The notes beneath the pieces were generated by a model. It was given only the letters and a program-made list of their open reading frames with translations, was not told the DNA's origin and ran no database searches. The position numbers and the translations under genes were made by a program. Shown piece after piece: positions 59,581 through 64,000 of a stretch of DNA of 64,000 nt. The stretch lies in the sequence record NC_019407.1; one strand, 5' to 3'. The first letter of the stretch is position 1. Every line of letters begins with the position of its first letter.

Positions 59581-61611
59581 ATGGATTTCCACGTCTTTAA
59601 GACGGCTGTCGCCAAGCAGTGGGCCGCGATGACCAAGGGTGACGCGACCTTGTTCCGCGTCGACGTCGACAAGGACCTCCTGTGGTCGACCTACCTGAAG
59701 GCGTTCCCGGCCGGGACCGATCCGATCTTCCGCGAGCGCTCCGAGCACGACTGCTCGTGCTGCCGCAACTTCATCCGAAACGCCGGCGACGCCGTGGCGG
59801 TGGTCAACGGCCAGATCGTCACGATCTGGGACTGGCCGATCGAGGGCGAGCCGGCCTATCAGCAGGTCTCCCAGACCCTGGCGGCGCTGGTCCGTTCGCG
59901 CCCGGTGCGCGACATCTTCCTGCACGACCAGAAGACCATCGGGACCGACAAGAACGTCGAGACCATGCTGGGCGGCGACGTCACCTGGAACCACTTCTTC
60001 GTCAATGTCCCCTCGCGCTTCGTCAAGAAGGGTAAGGACATCCCGACCGCGCTCCACATCCCGCGCACCGCGCAGGAGACGCTTCTGCGCGCCGTGACCG
60101 AGATCACCGACGAGGCGATCGACACGGTGCTGGACCTGATCGCCCAGAACGCGCTCTATCGCGGGGCCGAACACAAGTCGGCGGTGGTGGCGTTCCAGAA
60201 GGCCAAGAAGACCTTCGAGGGCCTGTCGGCCGCCGACAAGGCGCTGAAGGCCTGGGTCAACGTCGCGAGCGGTGAAATCTGGGGCTCGGTCTCGGGCATC
60301 CGGAGCACGGTGATCGGCTCGCTGCTGGTCGACCTGTCGGCTGACGTCGACCTGGAGGACGCGGTCAAGAAGTTCGAGGCCAAGGTCGCGCCGCACAACT
60401 ACAAGCGCACGACCGCCCTGGTGACCAAGAAGCAGATCGAGAACGCCAAGAAGACGATCTCCGACCTGGGCCTGACCTCGGCCCTGGAGCGGCGCTACGC
60501 CGTCCTCAAGGACGTGTCGATCAACGACGTGCTGTTCGCCGACCGCGACGCCAAGTCGGTGATGAACGACGTCTTCGACGATCTGGCCGCCGACGTCGCC
60601 GAGAAGACCAAGTCCTACGACAAGGTCGAGGAGGTCTCGATCGACAAGTTCCTGTCCGACATCCTCCCGAGGGTGTCGAGCGTCGAGGCCCTGGTCGAGA
60701 ACCGCCTGACGAGCAATTTCGTCAGCCTGATCGCGCCGGTCGATCCGACCGCCGGCTCCCTCTTCAAGTGGGGGAACAACTTCTCCTGGTCCTATGCCGG
60801 GGAGGTGGCGGACTCGATCAAGGCCCGCGTCAAGGCGGCCGGCGGCAACGTCACCGGCGATCTCTGCTGCCGTCTGGCGTGGTTCAACTATGACGACCTC
60901 GACTTCCACATGAAGGAACCGGGCGGCAACCTGATCTACTTCCGCCAGAAGTCCTCGCCCTACACGGGCGGGCGCCTCGACGTCGACATGAACGCCGGCG
61001 GGGGCCATACCCGCGAGCCGGTCGAGAACATCTTCTACGGCGATCGCCGGACGATGAAGGAAGGCGTCTACGAACTGATGGTCCATCAGTTCAGCAAGCG
61101 CGAGTCCAGCAACGTCGGCTTCGAGGTGGAGATCGACTACCTGGGCTCGATCACCCGCTATGCCTACACCACCGCCCTGCGCCCGGATCAGGTCGTCAAG
61201 GTGGCGCAGTTCAAGTACAGCCACGCGCGCGGCATCGAGTTCATCTCCTCGCTTCCGGCCTCGTCGGCGAGCAAGGACGTCTGGGGCGTCAAGACCGAGA
61301 CCTTCCGCAGGGTCAACGTCATCATGCTCTCGCCCAACCACTGGGAAGGCGAGCCGGGCGTGGGGAACAAGCACTGGTTCTTCATGCTGGACGGGGGCGT
61401 CAACGAGGACGGCGCCCGTGGCTTCTACAACGAGTTCCTGAAGGACAGCCTCACGCCCCACCGTCGCGTCTTCGAGATGCTGGGGTCCAAGCTGAAGCCC
61501 GCGCCGGCGGCGGAACAACTCTCCGGCCTGGGCTTCTCCTCGACCAAGCGCGACGAACTCGTCGTGCGCGTCAAGGGGGCCTTCACCCGTACCCTCAAGA
61601 TCAAATTCTAA
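59581..61611 (+). CDS. Large conserved phage protein (676 aa; alternative start 59548) with an N-terminal Cys/His motif and a C-terminal YfaP/DUF2135-like domain
   Basis: EHDCSCCRNF; LAWFNYDDLDFHM.EP.G..IYF......GG.LDVDMN.G....PVENI. Confidence 0.78.
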   Translation: MDFHVFKTAVAKQWAAMTKGDATLFRVDVDKDLLWSTYLKAFPAGTDPIFRERSEHDCSCCRNFIRNAGDAVAVVNGQIVTIWDWPIEGEPAYQQVSQTLAALVRSRPVRDIFLHDQKTIGTDKNVETMLGGDVTWNHFFVNVPSRFVKKGKDIPTALHIPRTAQETLLRAVTEITDEAIDTVLDLIAQNALYRGAEHKSAVVAFQKAKKTFEGLSAADKALKAWVNVASGEIWGSVSGIRSTVIGSLLVDLSADVDLEDAVKKFEAKVAPHNYKRTTALVTKKQIENAKKTISDLGLTSALERRYAVLKDVSINDVLFADRDAKSVMNDVFDDLAADVAEKTKSYDKVEEVSIDKFLSDILPRVSSVEALVENRLTSNFVSLIAPVDPTAGSLFKWGNNFSWSYAGEVADSIKARVKAAGGNVTGDLCCRLAWFNYDDLDFHMKEPGGNLIYFRQKSSPYTGGRLDVDMNAGGGHTREPVENIFYGDRRTMKEGVYELMVHQFSKRESSNVGFEVEIDYLGSITRYAYTTALRPDQVVKVAQFKYSHARGIEFISSLPASSASKDVWGVKTETFRRVNVIMLSPNHWEGEPGVGNKHWFFMLDGGVNEDGARGFYNEFLKDSLTPHRRVFEMLGSKLKPAPAAEQLSGLGFSSTKRDELVVRVKGAFTRTLKIKF

Positions 61612-61630
61612 CGGAAGGACCTGAAAGACC

Positions 61631-62053
61631 ATGAGCACCGACCTCTTCGAAATCGCCGCGCGCGAGAAGTTCCGCTTCGACAGCCCCAAGGGTCTCCTGG
61701 GCGTGGAAGAACTGTTCGACCTGCCGCTGACCAGCACCGTCGCCGGCAAGGCCAACCTGAACGACATCGCCGTCGACCTGTTCAAGCAGATCAAGGACCT
61801 CGACAACATCTCGTTCGTCACGCCCAAGAAGGTCGACCCCTCGATCGGTCAGCGCCTGGACATCGTCAAGCGGGTGATCGAGATCAAGCAGGCCGAGAAC
61901 GCGGCAAAGCTGAAGACCGCCCAGGACAAGGAGACCCTGCGCATCCTCGACGAGGCGATCGCCGCCAAGAAGTCCGAGAAGATCGCCGGCACCTCGCTGG
62001 AAGACCTGGAAGCCCAGCGCGCGGCCCTGCTCTCGGGCGGCGCCTCGGCCTAA
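61631..62053 (+). CDS. Conserved phage protein, 140 aa, probable partner of the upstream gene
   Basis: LFEIAAREKFRF.S.KG.L..EELFDLPL; coiled-coil C-terminus. Confidence 0.78.
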   Translation: MSTDLFEIAAREKFRFDSPKGLLGVEELFDLPLTSTVAGKANLNDIAVDLFKQIKDLDNISFVTPKKVDPSIGQRLDIVKRVIEIKQAENAAKLKTAQDKETLRILDEAIAAKKSEKIAGTSLEDLEAQRAALLSGGASA

Positions 62054-62079
62054 GCCTCCGGGCAGGCTGACATAGGCGC

Positions 62080-62143
62080 TTGACAACACTCTCGCGCCAA
62101 CATAGAAGGGCCTCCGACGACAACGCCGGAGGCCCTTTTCATG
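62080..62143 (+). promoter_or_regulatory. Promoter with inverted box in the spacer, plus the 41-nt hairpin cassette
   Basis: TTGACA-ACACTCTCGCGCCAACA-TAGAAGGGCCTCCGACGACAACGCCGGAGGCCCTTTTCATG. Confidence 0.88.
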
Positions 62144-62593
62144 CCTTATCCGATCCAGATCGATCCCATCATCCTCGCCCTCGGCAGCGCCTGGAAGGCG
62201 GCCGACGCCTTGGCGCTCGACCTGCGCCACAAGTGGTCCTGCGCCACCAATGACCGCAGCGCCTATGAGGCCTGGAAGGTCGCCGACGATGTGCGCAACG
62301 CCGCCTTCAAGGCCATGACCTACGCCCTGCCCGATCCGGGCAAGCCGGTGTTCATCAGCCCGACCGACTGGCTGGCCGACAAGGACAACTGGCGCACCGA
62401 GTACGCGCCGGTCCGGGTCTGGAACGGCGCGGACCACTACAAGGACTGGTACCCGTGCCTGGGCCACTACGAGTTCAACGTTCGCACCGGCGAGCGCTTC
62501 TACCGTGGGGCCGAGATGTTCGACCGCTGCGTCGAGGAGGCCGCCCGGCGCAATGCCGAGTACGCGGCATACTACGCCAAGCAGGCCGCATGA
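62141..62593 (+). CDS. Hypothetical protein, 150 aa
   Basis: First gene after the promoter. Confidence 0.75.
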   Translation: MPYPIQIDPIILALGSAWKAADALALDLRHKWSCATNDRSAYEAWKVADDVRNAAFKAMTYALPDPGKPVFISPTDWLADKDNWRTEYAPVRVWNGADHYKDWYPCLGHYEFNVRTGERFYRGAEMFDRCVEEAARRNAEYAAYYAKQAA

Positions 62594-62796
62594 CCGTCTC
62601 CCCCGAACTCGCCGCGCTCCTGGATGAGCAGCCCAAGGACAGCCCTCAAGCGGTCACGGCCTGGATGGCGAGGAAACTGGCCGATCGCCTGATCGTGGCC
62701 GTCCGGACGATGGACCGCCAGTCGGCCGATTACGAAGTCCAAGACGTCGCCGATGACCTGATCAAGCTCGCCAACATCGAAGAGTTCGGCGAATGA
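62590..62796 (+). CDS. Hypothetical protein, 68 aa
   Basis: ATGA overlap. Confidence 0.62.
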   Translation: MTVSPELAALLDEQPKDSPQAVTAWMARKLADRLIVAVRTMDRQSADYEVQDVADDLIKLANIEEFGE

Positions 62797-63038
62797 AATC
62801 CGTTCAGGTCCAGCGCGGCAAGACCACCTACCACGTCACCTTCGACGAGGCCGGGCAGGTCTCGTCGATCATCGGCGTCGCGGTGGTCGGCAAGGTCCCG
62901 CGCTACAAGGGCGGCACGCGCCGCATCACCTATTCCGGCGCCGGCAACGGCTGGCACGCCAGCGCCGGCCGCCCCATCCCCATGCAGCTTCGCCCGATCG
63001 CGGACGAGGCGTTCCAGATCAAGGAGGCCCAGTCTTGA
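62793..63038 (+). CDS. Hypothetical protein, 81 aa
   Basis: ATGA overlap. Confidence 0.62.
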   Translation: MKSVQVQRGKTTYHVTFDEAGQVSSIIGVAVVGKVPRYKGGTRRITYSGAGNGWHASAGRPIPMQLRPIADEAFQIKEAQS

Positions 63039-63838
63039 GCGACTTCCAGCTTTCCGCCCAGCACCAGCGGATCGTCAACAACACGATCGACGCGCTGGAC
63101 TATCTCTTCCGGCGCAACGGCGAGCCGTCCTCGGGCGGCGAGATGCCGTTCAACCGGCTCGATCTCGGGAGCATCGCCGACAACATCTCGGCCGTCCTGG
63201 CGGTGCTCCCCAGCCACGCCGACATCCTGACGAAGTACCTCTTCATCGCCCAGGGGCTGCTTCGCGAGATCGCCAACTACCACGCGGCCAAGCCTGACGA
63301 ACTGCGCCGGATGGCGCAGGCCCTGCGCCCCTTCTACAAGACCCGCGCCGCCGCTGGTCTGTCGCCGGCGGCCCAGCAGACCCTCGATTTCATGGTCGAA
63401 GGCCTGCGCTTCCTGGCCGAGAACGACTGCGAGCCTCCGTCGGGTGGCGAGCAGATGTACAACCGCATCTCGCTTCTGAGCCGCACCGGCTCGGACGCCA
63501 AGCGCCTGCGCCAGGAGGCCCCCAACCTCGACGTGGTGATCACCCAGGTCGAGGCCCTGTTCATCGACCTCTGGCATTATCGCGCCATCGCCCTGAAGGA
63601 CGTCCAGGACGCCTTGGAGGTCCTGGAGCCCTACTATGTTCCGCCCGCCTGGACGGTCGCGCCGGCCCCTGCGCCGGCTAAGCCCGCCGCCCGCATCGTC
63701 TCGAAGGCCGAGGCCCTGGAACTCCTCGACCACATCGCCACGACGGCCTCCGTCCTGCGGATGCAGATGGGACCGGCCAACGCCGACATCACACTGGAGC
63801 GAGTCAAGACGCTCGAAGCCTTCGTCAATCAGCAATAG
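63035..63838 (+). CDS. Helical protein with an internal domain duplication, 267 aa
   Basis: ALDYLFRRNGEPSSGGEMPFNR vs GLRFLAENDCEPPSGGEQMYNR; TTG start after AGGAGG. Confidence 0.75.
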   Translation: MSDFQLSAQHQRIVNNTIDALDYLFRRNGEPSSGGEMPFNRLDLGSIADNISAVLAVLPSHADILTKYLFIAQGLLREIANYHAAKPDELRRMAQALRPFYKTRAAAGLSPAAQQTLDFMVEGLRFLAENDCEPPSGGEQMYNRISLLSRTGSDAKRLRQEAPNLDVVITQVEALFIDLWHYRAIALKDVQDALEVLEPYYVPPAWTVAPAPAPAKPAARIVSKAEALELLDHIATTASVLRMQMGPANADITLERVKTLEAFVNQQ

Positions 63839-63846
63839 GGGCCAGC

Positions 63847-64000
63847 ATGACCACTCCGCTCTGTCTGAATCCGGACGGCGCCGACTTCCAGGCCCAGGCC
63901 GTCCTCGCCCTGGTCCGCTTCGTCATCGGCGACGACTTCGAGCCGTCCTGGAACGCCCAGAAGCAGGTCTTCGAGGGCGAGCCCCAGGTCGCCCGCTTCG
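63847..64000 (+). CDS. 5' part of a gene running off the window (MTTPLCLNPDG...)
   Basis: ATG after AGGGG; open to the end of the window. Confidence 0.6.
   Translation, partial: MTTPLCLNPDGADFQAQAVLALVRFVIGDDFEPSWNAQKQVFEGEPQVARF

Noticed and set aside
8247-62125. Recurrent GACGACAAC motif as CRISPR repeats
   Set aside because: Copies are short, dispersed by kilobases, each tied to a promoter, with no spacer array or cas genes
1-64000. Prophage, ICE or plasmid interpretation (because of ardC and XRE)
   Set aside because: No integrase, relaxase, T4SS, partition or host housekeeping genes; gene density and content fit the accessory arms of a large lytic phage

Overview
This GC-rich window is a densely packed, non-structural part of a large alphaproteobacterial phage genome, most likely a phiCbK-like Caulobacter phage. 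That assignment is inferred from the GcrA homolog, a StaR/Rtr-like XRE regulator, RtcB, NAD-salvage genes and codon style. Genes run leftward (- strand) from about 38,405 to 1 and rightward (+ strand) from 38,541 to the end. Recognisable products: an Ntn-hydrolase/HslV-like protease, NAMPT plus a NMNAT-Nudix fusion, Pth2, an HD alarmone-hydrolase-like protein, two HNH nucleases, a MazG-like protein, RtcB, SPFH, ArdC, acyl carrier protein, DUF4326, a HAD nucleotidase, XRE, GcrA, a protein ending in a PEP-utiliser phospho-His domain, DUF1937, a metallophosphoesterase and a YfaP-like large protein. About 90 other small genes are hypothetical. No tRNA, rRNA, CRISPR array, integrase, transposase or virion gene was seen. 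The strongest unexplained signal is non-coding. About 21 promoters share the architecture TGGC-N6-GTG-TTGACA-N17/18-TA(G/A)A(A/G), then 7-10 nt, then ACGACA(A/G/C), then the SD. In many of them the spacer or discriminator base-pairs with the downstream SD, so the first gene would be translatable only from its own promoter. One 41-nt hairpin cassette is identical at 8,229 and 62,103, and two promoters carry the upstream box inverted inside the spacer. All assignments are from motif reading by eye; no database search was run.
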